Source: the human T2T-CHM13v2.0 reference genome, Homo sapiens. Taken from it: 64,000 nt of DNA. The translations under genes and the position numbers were made by a program. Positions 1 through 15,604 of this stretch are shown here, in pieces (position 1 is the stretch's first letter; each line of letters starts with the position of its first letter). The DNA lies in assembly GCF_009914755.1 (NCBI RefSeq), contig NC_060941.1; one strand, written 5' to 3'. The notes under the pieces were generated by a model that saw nothing but the letters and a program-made list of their open reading frames with translations, was not told the DNA's origin and ran no database searches.

Positions 1-1737
1 TGTTGTATCCTAAGACTTTTGAATCTTATCTTAAGTCAAGGACAAGTTCTCAGTTTGATGTCATCATCACAGGAAAGGGTACTTTAATTCAAGAATTCTT
101 GTCCTTTTTCATCATTACATATAAATCCCAACTCAAGAAAATGGCAAACTAGTTTAAATAGCAAAACATCTGCAAATGTCACTGATCCATATTTAGTGAC
201 TCCTCAGTTTCAATTCGTTTCTAGAAAATTGACTGAATCATGTTAGATGGTTGCTTTACCCAGAAACAGAAGCTAATAATTAGGAACTACAAGTGCTCAG
301 GTTTTTGTCACTGCCTATTCATTTTATAAGAATCCCATAGGAAAGCCACATACTTTATTAAAGAAGGAATAAACAAGACCGTTTTTGAGAAGTGTTGTAG
401 TGTATGCTTATCAATACCCCTATTTACTAATACTTAACAAAAGCTCTTTTTCCTATACTGGACCTACTGAGTTTTCCATTAAACTCAGTACTGAGTTTCT
501 CATTAAATACTGGACCTACTGAGTTTCTCATTAAATACTGATGAATCCATTCTAAGAAGAAATGCCCATATATTCCTGAATTTGGTCCTATTTCTGAATA
601 TGTCTATTGGTACTGGATACATTCCCTGTCCACACAGAGTTAGTAACTGTGGTCAGTTTTGTGGACTTTTATAATATTTATTTAATGGCAGTTAACCTAA
701 GGAATAGCATGGGACAGTTGATTTTCTTCTCTCACTATAATTCAGGACTAATTTTCTCACCATTGCAACATATATTTACATGGCTAACACCCATAAATGA
801 TCACATAAGATTTACATGCATTTCCCCACCCTGCTCACTGAATAAGAAAGCAAACTGTGAAACAAGCTTATGGAAATAGTTAAAGAATTAAGATCTAATC
901 ATATTTCAAAGCTCACCCTCAGAGAAGCTCTCTGAAGCAAAGGCCGCAGAAACTGAAACTCATTTATTACTTGGGCTGAAATACAAACTTTAAGAGAATG
1001 AGGGAGAAAAAAACCTTTACTTTGCTCTAGGGAAGAAGCAACTATTCTCTGATGTGCAGAAAATAATTTATCCTCAAAGACCAAATGTAAATGGGGTCAA
1101 TTAATTTTTTTTAAAATCTCTACCTTCTGTAATATTTTTCTAAGTCTCTGACACTGTTACACTTTATACTAAAATCTAATGTGTGATTTGACAAATGTCA
1201 AAGGAAACTGACTACTGTATTTAACAAATTTTAATAAGCATAATGTATACTTTAAATATACTTAACACAAAATTTACATGAGTGGCCATTCTGTGGTATA
1301 GTACTCTTAGGAAGCAGATAGAACACCTATGTCAAATTTTGACTTCAAAGATTTAAAAAATAGTGACATTGTTCAATGATCAAATGACATGAATCAGCCA
1401 AGTAATAAATTATTTGAATTATAAGCTTTGAATCTAGGCATTAGATGCCCCAATTTGGCATGCTCATAATGTCTTATTTTTTGTTTTTAAAATTTTTTAC
1501 TTTTTGGTTCAATTGGGTAAGAAAAAAAGTAATGTATATTAATTGGAAAGTTTATAAAATATATTTGCACTAAGCTATGCTATGTCAGATTTGTAGACAG
1601 TTCAATATAAAACAGTGGTCTCAATACTTAACAAAAGCTCTATTTCCTATACTGGATTATTTTGAGTTTAGAATAGCTGCTGAAAGGACGTTCTTGAGAT
1701 ATAAGCATTAGCTGTTTCTAATTTAAAATGACCTAGA

Positions 1738-3575
1738 CTCAAGGATACAAAATCAATGTACAAAAATCAGTAGCATTTCTATACACCAATAACATCCAAG
1801 TTGAGAGCCAAATCAGGAATGCAATCTCATCTACAATAGCTACATACTCACAAAAATAGGAGGGGAAAGATCTCTGCGAGGAGAATTACAAACATTGCTA
1901 AAATAAATCATAGATGAAACAAACAAATGGAAAAACATTCTATGCTCATGGATTGGAAGAATCAGTATCATTAACATGGCCATACTGCCAAGGCATTTTA
2001 CAATCTACAGATTCAATGCTATTCCTATCAATCTACCAATGTCATTTTTCACAGAATTGGAAAAAAAACTGTTATAAAATTCATATGGAACCAAAAAAAA
2101 AGCCCAAATAACCAAACCAATCCTAAGCAAAAAGAACAATGCTGGAGGGATCACATTACCTGACTTCAAACTATACTATAAGGCTGCAGTAACCAAAACA
2201 GCATGGTACTGGTACAAAAACAGACACATCGATTCATGGAATGGAATAGAGAACACAGAAATAAAGATGCACATCTGCAGCCATCTAATCTTCAACAAAG
2301 TCAACCAAAATAAGCAATGGGGAAAGAACTCCGTATTCAAAAAATGGTGCTGGGATATAGATAGCGGGCTAGCCATATGCAGAAGAATAAAAATGGATCC
2401 ATTTTACCATATACAAAAATTAACTCAAGATAGATTAAAGACTTAAATGTAAGACCTCCATCTATAAGAATCCTAGAAGAAAACTCAGGAAACACCATTC
2501 TGGACCTTGGCCTTGGGAAATAATTTATGAATAAGTCTTCAAAAGCAATTGCAACAGAAACAAAAATTGACAAGTGGAACCTAATTAAACTAAAGATCTT
2601 CTGCACAGCAAAATAACTACCAACAGAGTAAACAGACACACTACAGAATAGGAGAAAATATTAGCAAACTATGCATCTGACAAAGGTCCATCCAGAATCT
2701 ATAAGGAATTTAAACAACTCAAACAAAAAACAACCTCATAAAAAATGGGCAAAAGACATGACCAGACATTTCTCAAAAGAAGACATACAAGTGGCCAACA
2801 AACATATGAAAAAAAATGCCCCATATTACTAATCAGAGAAATCCACATCAAAACCACAATGAGATACCATCTCACACCAGTCAGAATGGCTATTACTAAA
2901 AAGTCAAAAAACATGTTGGTGAGGCTGCAGAGAAAAGAGAATGCTTATACACTGTTGGTGGGAATGGAAAGTAATTCAGACACTGTGGAAAGCAGTTTGG
3001 AGATTTCTCAAAGAACTAAAAATGGAACTACCATTTGACCCAGCAATCCCATTACTGGGTATACAACCAAAAGAAAGTAATTCATTCTACCAAAAAGACA
3101 CATGTACATGAGTGCTCACTGCAGCACTATTCACAATAGCAAAACCATGGAATCAACCTAGGTGCCCATCAATGGTGTATTGCATAAAGAAAATGTGGTA
3201 CATATATACCATGGAATACTATGCAGCCACAAAAAGGGCAAAATCATGTCCTTTGCAGCAACATGGATACAGCTGGAGGCCATTAGCCCAAGCAAATACC
3301 ACATGTTCTCACTTATAAGTGGGAGCTAAACATTGGGTACTCATGGACATAAAGATGGCAACAATAGACACTGGGGACTACTAGAGGTGGGAGGGAGAAG
3401 AGGGTAGGGTTGGGAAAACTAACTGTTCAGTACTATGCTCAGTAACTGGGTGACAGGATCATTTGTACCATAGACTTCAGCATCACGCAATATACCCAGG
3501 TAACAAACCTGTACCTGTACCCACTGAATCTAAAATAAAAGTTGAAAAAAAAATAAAAATAAAATTGAAAAAGAA
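1738..3575 (+). mobile_element. 5'-truncated L1 (L1PB/old L1PA type): 3' part of ORF2, 3'UTR and A-tail
   Basis: Starts at GGATACAAAATCAATGTACAAAAATCAGTAGCATTTCTATACACC; ORF2 peptides such as [12 protein letters not shown]; 3'UTR ending ..AACAAACCTGTACCTGTACCC..AATAAAAG and an A-rich tail. Confidence 0.92.
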
Positions 3576-3659
3576 ATATAAGACTATGCAAACTTTTAAG
3601 ACAACATACATTATCTGCACTAAAAGTTTACTACTTTTCAAGAAAATATTTAAAAAAAA

Positions 3660-4170
3660 AGAATAATTCACATTTAAAAAATGGGTAAAGAACTTGAATA
3701 GGCATTTCTCAAAACAAGATACACAGAAGGCTAAAAGCACCTGAAAGTTATTTAACATCATTAGTCATTAAATAAATGCAAATCAAACACATTGAGGTAC
3801 TGCTACATACCCAGTAGAATGGCAATAGTAATAATAATAATGATGATGATGAGAATAACAAGTGTTGATGAGAATGTGTCAAAATTTGAACTCTCCTAGA
3901 TTGTTGACAAAAATGTAAAATGTTTCAGCTGTTGTAGAAAACAGTTTGGAAGTTTTTCAAAAAGTTAGGCATAGAATTCTTAAGTGACCCAGCAATTACC
4001 ACCCAGGTAAATACTCCAAAGAACTGAAAACAGGTACTCAAACAAATACTTGTACACAATTTATCATAACACTTCTATTCACAATAGCTAAAAGGTAGAA
4101 ACAATTCAAATGTACATCAACCAATAAATGGATAAGAAAATTGTTGTATAAAAATAAATAAAATAAAATG
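3660..4170 (+). mobile_element. Old L1M (L1MB-like) ORF2/3' fragment
   Basis: Diverged L1 motifs AAAATGGGTAAAGAACTTGAATAGGCATTTCTC and GACCCAGCAATT. Confidence 0.7.
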
Positions 4171-4873
4171 ACTTAGAGTGTATCTAGTTTTCCAGAATCA
4201 TCTACATCAAGGCTGAATTACTTCGCCACTTCATTTTAATATAATATTCAAAATGTTTGAAAGCAATAAGTATGATGCCCATACAAAACATGTCTTATTT
4301 CCCCGTTCAGTTGACAAAAATAAGGTGTCCAGTTGGCTCTGTTGCTTTATAGTTGAATTTCCCATCACCCAGACCCTAAAATCTACTTCCACCATCTTTT
4401 TCATTACATAAAGTTCCTTTGATCGACTATTTCAACTGTTGCCAGGTGGTAAGCAGTAAAGCATGTGGTTAACAGCATGGGCTATGAAGTTAAACCAACC
4501 TGGGTGGTGTGACCATGGGCAAATCATTTAACTTTCCTGGGTATTATTTTATAACATGTAGATAAAGTGGACAATAAAGATTAAATAGGACTGAGGTTTA
4601 GCAATGTAGGAGTGATGCAAGTGCAAGATGGCAATGGATCAGAGAGTAGTGAGTCAGCACTGGAATGAAGACAAACACTAGGTTCTTTATGCGTGAGAAA
4701 ATGGGAAAAATAAAATGCAAGGCAAGAGCGATCAAAAGGAGAATTTGGTAGACTGAAATCCTGGAGGTGAACTAGGCGAGTAATGTTAGGTCTAAGGCAT
4801 GGCTGCATTTTTGCATGGTCTAAAGTGGAAACAAGATATAACAGAAGTGACTTTACTACAGCTGAGCTTATAA

Positions 4874-5347
<474 letters not shown>

Positions 5348-5359
5348 AGATTTTCTATT

Positions 5360-7130
5360 TTTAATAACAGCTGTAGTAAGATATAATTCACATATCATAA
5401 AGTTCATAATTTAAAACTGCACCATTCAGTGGTTTTTAGTATATTCATAGATCTGTACATTTATCACCACGACAAAATTCTAGAATATTTTCATCACCTC
5501 AAAAAAACAAAAAACAACAAAAAAAGAACCCATCCCTATTAACAGTCACTTCCCATTCTCCCATCCTTTGAGCCACTGGCAACCACTAATCTATTTTCTG
5601 TCTCTAGGGATTTTTCCACTCTGGGCATTTCACGTAATTTAAATCATACAACATATGACCTTTCATGACCAGATTCTTTCACTTAGCATGTTTCCAATGT
5701 TCATCTATGTTGTGGAATGTATCAGTACTTCATTCCTTTTCCTAGTCAAATCCATTGTGTGGATATACCACATTTTGTTTATCCACTCCTCAGTCAAACA
5801 TTTGAGTTTTTTCCACTTTTTGACTACTATGAATAATGCTTCTGTAAACATTCTTGTACAAGTTTCTTTGGGAAATATTTTTTCAGTTCTCCTGTGTGTA
5901 CTTAGGAGTTGAATTGCTGAGTCATGTGGTAACTATGTTTAGCTTTTTGAGGAACTGCCAAACTATTTTCCAAAATGACTGCACCATTTTACAATCTCAC
6001 CAGCAAAGTATGAAGGTTCTAATTTCTCCACATCCTTGCCAAAACTTTCGTCTGTCTTGTTGATTATATCCAGTCTAATGGGTATGAAGTGGTATCTCAT
6101 TGTTGTTCTGATACATGATTTGTGATTATTTCCTTCTATCTGTGGGTTGTTCTTTTACTTTCTTGGAAGTTTCCTTTAAAGCTTTTCATTTTGATGAAGT
6201 TCAGTTTATCTATTTTTTCCTTTGTCATTTGTGCTTTTAGTGTCATATCTAAGAATTCTTTGCCTAATCCTGAAATGTCATGAAAATTTACTTGCATGTT
6301 TTCTTCTAAGAGTTTCATAGCATTTTTCTCTGATATTGCTTTTTTCTAAAAGTTTTATAGTTTTACCATTTATTTTTAGGTCTGTGATTCACTTTGAGGT
6401 CCTTTTATGTGTATCTTGTGAGGTAGAGGTTGAGCTTTACTCTTTTGCATATGGATATCTAGTTGTCCCAGCACTATTTGTTGAATTTCCATATAAATTT
6501 CAGGATCAGTGTGTCAATTTATACTAAAAAAGGCAGTTGGGATTTCGGTAGGATTGTGCTGAATCTGTATATCAATTTGGGTAATACTGGCATCTTAACA
6601 ACGTTAAGTTTTCTGATCTGTAAATATGAATGCCTTTTCATTTATTTAGATTTTAATTTTTTCATTGATGTTTTGTAGTTTTCAAGATACATATTTTGCA
6701 CTTCTTTTGTTAAATTCTATTCCTAAGTATTTAATTATTTCATGCTATTTTAAATGAATTTGTTTTCTTAATTTCATTATCAGATTGTTTACTCCTAGGG
6801 TATTGGAATACAATTGATTTTTCTATATTGATCTTATATCCTGCAACCTTGGTAAACTCTTATTTTTCAAACAGGTTTTTTTTTTGGTAGGATTCCTGAG
6901 AATTTTTCTGTACACAAGATTTTGTCATTGGAGGATAGAATTTTACTTCTTCCTTTCCGATCGGGATGACTTTTCTTTTCTTGCCAGACTTCCTAATTTC
7001 TGTCAGTCTATTAGATATAACATTTCATTAGTGTCTTATTTTTCATTTCCTTGGTTACTGACGATATGAGCAGTTCTTCATGTATTTATGGGCTACTGAT
7101 ATTTACACCTCTGTAAAATGCTGTTTTGTC
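5360..7130 (-). mobile_element. Old L1M (L1MB/MC-like) 3' end and ORF2 fragments
   Basis: Antisense L1 3'UTR and ORF2; minus-strand peptide MKLLEENMQVNFHD..LGKEFLDMTLKAQMTKEKIDK. Confidence 0.8.
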
Positions 7131-7142
7131 TTTAGCCAATTC

Positions 7143-7454
7143 TTTTTTTTTTTTTTTTTTTTGCTGTTGTTGTTGAGGCAGGGTCTCACTCTGTCACCTG
7201 GGCTGGAATGCTGTGGTGCAATCACAGCTCACTGCAGATTTGATCTCCTGGGCTCAAGCTATCCTGCTGCCTCAGCCTCCTGAGTGGCTAGGACCACAGG
7301 CATGCACCACCACACCCGACGACCTTTTTATTTTTACTAGAGATAAGGTCTCACTATGTTGCCCAGGCTGGTCTCAAACTTTTAGGCTCAAGTGATCCGC
7401 CTGCCTTCGTCTCCCTAAGTGCTGGGATTATAAGCAAAGCTGCTACACCTGGCC
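7143..7454 (-). mobile_element. AluJ-type element with target-site duplication (TSD)
   Basis: Antisense Alu; flanking direct repeat TTAGCCAATTC at 7132-7142 and 7455-7465. Confidence 0.93.
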
Positions 7455-7767
7455 TTAGCCAATTCTTTTACTAAACTCTTCATTTCTGACACATGCCAAA
7501 TTTCTATGGCGTGTGTCAGAAATGAAGAGCTTAACAAAAGAATATTATGCCAAGTTTCCATAACTACATCTATATCATCTATATATATCAATATATGGCT
7601 TTATGTGCTCTCTATTCTGTTTCTTTGGTCAGTCTATCTATACTTGTACCAGTGCCAAACTACTAACGTCGATACCTTTGCAACAAATTTTGATTTTGTA
7701 TGTGGTAGGAGGGAAATACTTTTGACTTTTTCTTTTTCAGAATAATTTTGGCTGCTCTTGGGCCTTA

Positions 7768-9410
<1,643 letters not shown>

Positions 9411-9429
9411 TGATTTTTAATTAAAACCT

Positions 9430-10470
9430 CTAACTCCTATGGCATCTATGTCCTTATTTCCTCCTGGTTCTCCAGGGACCTCTCTGACAATTGCTTATCG
9501 ATCTATAGCTGGTTTTAAATAATTGCCCCATTCCATCTGCCCTTTCCTTACCATAGCAACCTCTCCCTTTTTAATCCATTCCGATAGTAAATCATCTTTT
9601 TGTTGATATGACTTCCAAATTCATCCCTAGCCACTACAGCCTTGGTACCCAGATCCAGACACCTCTCTGTGATGTCCCAAAGGCACTCAACTAACTGAAC
9701 TCGATCATTTCTTCTTGAGTCTGTTCCTTCTCATCTTAGTTAGTGGCACTTACATTTAGACACCCAAATAAGAAACTTAGTAGAATTTTTTAGAATCCCT
9801 CTCTCTCGCTCTTGACAGTCCTGCCAACTTTTACTTCTAGATTTTCACCTTTCTCTCCTGAATTTTTCTAGTAGCCTTCTAACTTATTGTCCTATTCACT
9901 CTAGATATTTCATTTTTGCTGTCTGATATAGATCCACCCACCATCTTTCAACTGATACTCTATCTAAAGTATAAATATGATCATATCACTTTGTAATTAA
10001 AGAAGCAATTTTCATTGCTTCTTAGCAAATACTAAAGTTCAAGTTCCTTAATGGGGCATACAGTACCACTCAGGGCCAGGACTTTACCTCTCCAGCTTCA
10101 TGTTTCTCTACTTCCCACTCTACCTTTTATGCCTCTGTGAACACCAGACTTTAGTTCCCTGAATATGCTATTTCACACCCTGTGTTTTTGTCCCATTTTT
10201 TTTTTCATGAATATCATTCATTTCCTTGGTAGGATCTTAATCATCTTGCAATAATCATTTGAACATCATCTCCTCCAGGAAGTCTTCCACAAAACCTCAA
10301 GAAATCTCAGTTTGGGCCAAGTCACATTTCTCTATCGGCCTATACACAATTATTTTATTGCTTATTATATTAAAATTATCTATACAACTAGACTGACAAC
10401 TCTTTAAGGGGAGGGGGAATATGTTGTACATGTTAACTCCAAGCATCTAGCATATAATAGGATGCAAATT
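9430..10470 (+). mobile_element. L2 fragment
   Basis: Pyrimidine-rich L2-like sequence: TGACTTCCAAATT, ATCATATCACT, TCTCCTCCAGGAAGTCTTCC. Confidence 0.6.
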
Positions 10471-11924
10471 TAGCTTCCTTGAGAGAACTGGATCATAGCC
10501 CACCCTTCTGCTCCAAGTCTATATCCTAACTGTTGCCTGACAGGCTCAGTGTGCCTCACAGGAAGGGAGTAGCAGCTGAAACTGACCAAAGGAACAGAGG
10601 AAAACAAAATGGGTAGCCTTGCCTCTTCCCTGCCTGTAGAAGAAGCTGGCAGCTTAAATCCTGGGCAAGAGTAGATTAGACAGTTTGCTACTGAAAGTGC
10701 TTAATTTGAGAATGCAGTATGGGACTTGGAAGGCAGAGCTTCTAGACAGGGGTAGTTCTTGACATTTGTGTCCTAAAGGAAAGAGAGCCATTTTTGGCTT
10801 TATAAGAAGAATCAGAAGCAAAGACTATAAGGGATCAAGGTTTCCAATAAACCAAGCTAGGGATCAGGGCCTGATTCAAATCCCAGCACGGATCTATGAT
10901 GGGAACTGAGACCAAGGACCCAGGTAGAAGCCTGGGGAATAAGGAAAAAGGTGAGCAGTAACTAGGGAAGATGCAGATCATGACTACAAGGGCTCCTCAG
11001 GGGTCAGTTCAGTCGAGGCCCAGCAGGTGCTGAATGTGCAAGCTGCATTTCTATACTCTTGAAGCAGCAGTCCTCAAAAACCACCAGCTTGGGCCCAGCT
11101 GGCTTCAGTGACTGGGCCCAGTCTAAGTGCTCTAAATCATTCTCTCTTCAGTCTTAACCTCTCCAGTCCTCAGCTCCTTCGATCCTCGCATGGAAATAGC
11201 CTTAATTAGGACCTATATTTTCTAAACACAGGGCTCAGGCCATTTTCTGAAAGCTCTGCTTGCTTTTGGCTTTTCACAGTGATGCTCTAACATAGTGGCT
11301 CCCACCCAGGGGCCTTAGATTTAGGAGGCATCTCAACATTATCAGAGGACCTGAGGAAAAGCCTGTTAGAAGAGCTTGGGGCTTGTAAATAGAATCTCTG
11401 TGATCTTCTGCTAAGTTCTTCAAACTGTTCAGTCTCTTCTAACTAGGCCTTGGCAGAATCACTGCTAAACCTTCCATCTTAGTCTAACACCCTTGCGTTG
11501 GGGATGTACCTGACATACAGGCACCAACTGGCATTTTATTTCCTTTCAGACCAAAATCAGCACTGCAGGCTACCCTATCTATATCCCAATTACACTTTAT
11601 TTTGATCCCATTTGGAATGGGGGGGAGGCTTAATCTTCATATGATTTTGGGGGGGATTTGATTAAGTCTAATGTCAGACTGATTTATTACAGCATTAGTG
11701 TAAATCTTTTAGATTTCACGAGAGGAAAAATATCAATAAAATGATGACAGTAGGGGATGAAAAATAAAACAAGAAACCAAAACCTTGAGAAATAATTTTG
11801 TAAAGCTTAAATGTCTGTTAATGGGCTATAGCATTTAAAAATATTTCTCCAAACAGGATTAGAATGAAGAAAGAAAGTAGGAAAGATGATGCCAGAGTAA
11901 CAGGAGAAAAACGCTTTTGAGCTT

Positions 11925-12025
11925 TTTCTACTGAATCAGCCACCAGGATCTTGTGGCCCAGGAATCTGATTTAAAAGCTCCCTGGTTGCTTCTGATAATC
12001 AGCTTTAGGTGAAGAACCACTGTTC
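11925..12025. mobile_element. MER5A-like hAT-Charlie DNA transposon fragment
   Basis: CTACTGAATCAG..GGCCCAGGAATCTG..TTCTGAT..GAAGAACCACTG. Confidence 0.55.
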
Positions 12026-13815
12026 TAGCTAATGAGGACAAAACAGAGGGCACTTCCCTAAGTAAAAGTATAAGGACAGTAATTGATACAAAACACATGA
12101 TTTCTGCTAACCACTTCTGCCATATTATCTAGTTTCTATGAAAACTTTTTCTCTGAAAAGAACCCAACCAGTTGAGATTATCTATTCTAAATAAATGAAT
12201 ATCATCAACTTTGATAACCCCTAAAGAGTTTCTATAGTAACACAGAACAAAGATAATAACCATCAAGATCTAGGTAATCAAGACTGCTTAGTGTGCTTAA
12301 ACTGGCTTACTTTAATGGTTTTAAATGCAGTAAAAACCAAAGAGCTCAGCTCTAAGGAATCAGACAGCATCGCTACAAGAATATTTAATTATGTGGTTCC
12401 CCCTAAAAAAACCCAAATAAAATACAATGAAATATATTGTTTAATCACAAAAGCAATTAAAATACATAAAGACAATTTTCACTGAGTCCGCAACTCTCAG
12501 CATGTAATTATTTATCTAATTCAAGTCATGCAGCTAGGTGTTGGAATTAACTTCTCTGAACTAGATACAAAAATGGAAAGTCATTTTGGGATTTGATCCT
12601 CATTCATTTTCAACCAAATATCCAAATTCATTTCCAATTCACACAAGAACTGCCGCAGCTTTACCTAAATCAGTTTTCTACAAGTTAAACAGCGCTCCTA
12701 CACTCAGATGTGATTGTGGAACTACTTTGATCTTTATTCCCAAACTTATTGCTCCATGTAATCCATGACAAAATATAATGTGATTTACTATATCTCTATA
12801 TGACAGCACAGCAGCTGACAGAACTTAATAATTTAGCATAAGAAAAAAACCTTCTGGCACCAAAATACACAGATCGTAATGGGGACTCTTTAGTATCAGT
12901 TTACAATGAAGCCTATACAAGCTGATCCTAAGAACTTCAAAACAATTCTTTTTTTTCATCATGCATTTAATGAAGGAGATTTTTATTCCTTAAACATGCT
13001 TTGTAGCTGCAAGCAAGTAATTCGGGAACATTTTGTTTTTGTTCTCATTAAAACAATGCAGAACAAGTTACATACCGATGTCTCTTTCTCAAAGAAAAGT
13101 ACTAAATTTCTCCATTTTCAAGTAAGTGAAGAAATACATCATACGGGAAGCTAAAAACTCTTTAAAAAAAAAAAGTAAATTTACGTTGTGTTATGTTACA
13201 TAAAAAGCAGAGATTAGATAATTAGGTACTGTATAGAGAACCATCAGAATTAGGTGAAATCAAGACCTGTCTCTGAAGCTGCTAGAGCTGAATTTTCTCT
13301 GACCTGCACATGTACCCCTGAACTTAGATGTTTGAAAAAAGGAATAGAAGCTATATACCAAAAGAGGGTACTGTTAAGTCAGAACATATGGCTGGCACTG
13401 ATATGTTTTAGTAGTGGGTATTTAAAAAAAATATTTCATGGAGGAAATTGCCTATACCAAAGATTATATAACTTCCTTAGTAATCTAGAAGGTACTGTTA
13501 ATTCATTTTTAGTAATCAAGAAAATACACGATTGAACACCTCTTTTTAGCTGGACGCCTAGTGGGCACTGAGGATGTAGCCATGTCCAAATCGAAGCTCC
13601 TGTCTACAGAAAGCTTACCCTGCACTGGTGGGGGGCGAGGGAGGGGGCACACACAATAAACATATAGACCAATAACGGAGTAACAGAGGGATGCATGAAA
13701 TATGAAATAATAACCCAGAGTAAGAGAGTGGAGGGTGAAGATAGCTCATTTCTTTTTAGCACTGAATAATATTCCATTGTTTGGGTAGTACAGTTTATTT
13801 ACCCATTCATTTATT

Positions 13816-14110
13816 CAGAAAACCAAATACCGCATGTTCTCACTTATAAGTGGGAGCTGAATGATGAGAACACATGGACCCATGAGGGAGAACAACACAC
13901 AATGGGGCCTGTTGGAAGGTGGGGAGTGGGAGAAGGGAGAGCATCAGGAAGAACAGCTAATGGATGCTGGGCTTAATACCCAGGTGATGGGATGATCTGT
14001 GCAGCAAACTACCATGGCACATGTTTACCTATGTAACAAACCTACACATCCTGCGCATGTACCCCTGAACTTAAAAGTTGGAAAAAATAAACAAAAAATA
14101 AAAACTAAAA
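13816..14110 (+). mobile_element. L1PA 3'UTR fragment with A-tail
   Basis: CAGAAAACCAAATACCGCATGTTCTCACTTATAAGTGGGAGCTGAATGATGAGAAC..CATGTACCCCTGAACTTAAAAG. Confidence 0.9.
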
Positions 14111-14889
14111 ATGTCTTCCTCTAATTCCTACAAGAACTCACACTTTATCTCACATATTCTCTCTCTCTCTGCCCTTGAGGCAACAGGTGGCAAACTTACC
14201 TAAATCTGCTTTGCTAATACTTTGAACATAGACACATTTTCCTTTATTTCTCAGCCTTACTTAGTCCATCATTTATGAAAACTGGATCTAAAATTGAGAT
14301 AAATCTGTACCCTCTAGGTTTGTTAATATATTCTTCTGCTCCAATAATTGTTCTACAGAAAAATAGCATTTGTGTATTCCTGGAAAAGTTCTTCTGGAAA
14401 GGATAATCTTTGTTGTACAATAATCCTAACTTCATTACCTTTCTCTTATTCCTTCAGTTTGACCTATATCTTATTTCTCTGTGAGTGCCCCCATTCTACT
14501 CTCCATAGCTACGAAGCAGTGATTATGGAAAAGAACTATTCCTGATGAAACAAAAAGAATGATAGTTTTCTTGAATAATTCAGATATTCTCTTTCCACTG
14601 AAACTTCTGTCTATTCAACATTTATGGAATGCCTGCTATATTCTAGGTAGTCTTCCAGGCACTGGGGATACAGCAGTGAACAAAACGGGCAAAATTTCTG
14701 TTGTCATAGAAGTTACACTCCGATGGGGAGTAATAAAAAGCTGTATTGGCATGTATAGTCTTCTGTTGTAGGGTAAACTCACTTAAGGCCATATTCTTAA
14801 TAATCATTTTCATCTTTGTACGCATCCCCATGACAAAATATTTCGCAAACCATAGAAAAAGGATAAATATTCATTAAAAGAATAGACAA

Positions 14890-15602
14890 ATGATCTGTTT
14901 CATAGCTTCAATCTTTCTCCTTCCACTGGCTCATTTCCTTTGCCAAATCTGAAGACAGAATAAGCTACTTCTCAAGCTGCTTTCTCCTTCTTTCCTTTCC
15001 TTCCCTCTATAATGCATTTAAAGGTTAGTCTGTGCCTACAATTTCTACTCTCTAATTTCTCCACATCCCACCACTTTACTGAAATTGGTTTACTGAGGGT
15101 CACCAATTACCTACAGGAAACTCCCCCTGGCGAAACTCTCAACTTCTCTAATTTCAGAAAAATATTTCCCATTGCCTACTAGAAAGCTCCAAATGGGTAT
15201 CCTGATGGCATTAAACATGTGAACTCCATCATTTTCTCCTTCGAATGTACCTTTCCTCTATGCTCCCTCTGTAGGTTGATGGATGGCATGACAACCTTGG
15301 ACACCCTCCTCAAGTCTCCCTTTCCTTTCCACCCACACCCAGTCAGGAATCGCACCTGCGGCTTCTACCGTCTCCCCTTCCACCACCACTGCCTTAGTCC
15401 AAAACCTGTGTCACTTCCCAAGACAACTGCAATAGTCTTTCAACCAGTGTTCCCTTTCAACAATAACAGTGGTCACTTAGAATGTGAGATCCACAAGGGT
15501 GGGGACTGTGATCTGTTTTGTTCATTGATATATTCCAAGTACATGGAACAGTATCTGACACAAGGCAGGTATTCAACAAACGTGTTGAAAGAACGAATAA
15601 AC
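14890..15602 (+). mobile_element. L2 fragment including its 3' end
   Basis: AGGGTCACCAATTACC..; ends ACAGTATCTGACACAAGGCAGGTATTCAACAAACGTGTTGAAAGAACGAA. Confidence 0.6.
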
Positions 15603-15604
15603 TA

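Noticed and set aside
13740-14110. Antisense L1 piece abutting a sense L1PA 3'UTR, suggesting a twin-priming inversion
   Set aside because: The geometry fits, but the inverted piece looks like an older L1M family and I see no TSD; independent insertions are more likely.
14195-14352. Possible minus-strand exon (TTTTTCTGTAG acceptor, two GTAAG donors)
   Set aside because: The donor is ambiguous, the peptide is unrecognised, and there is no independent support.
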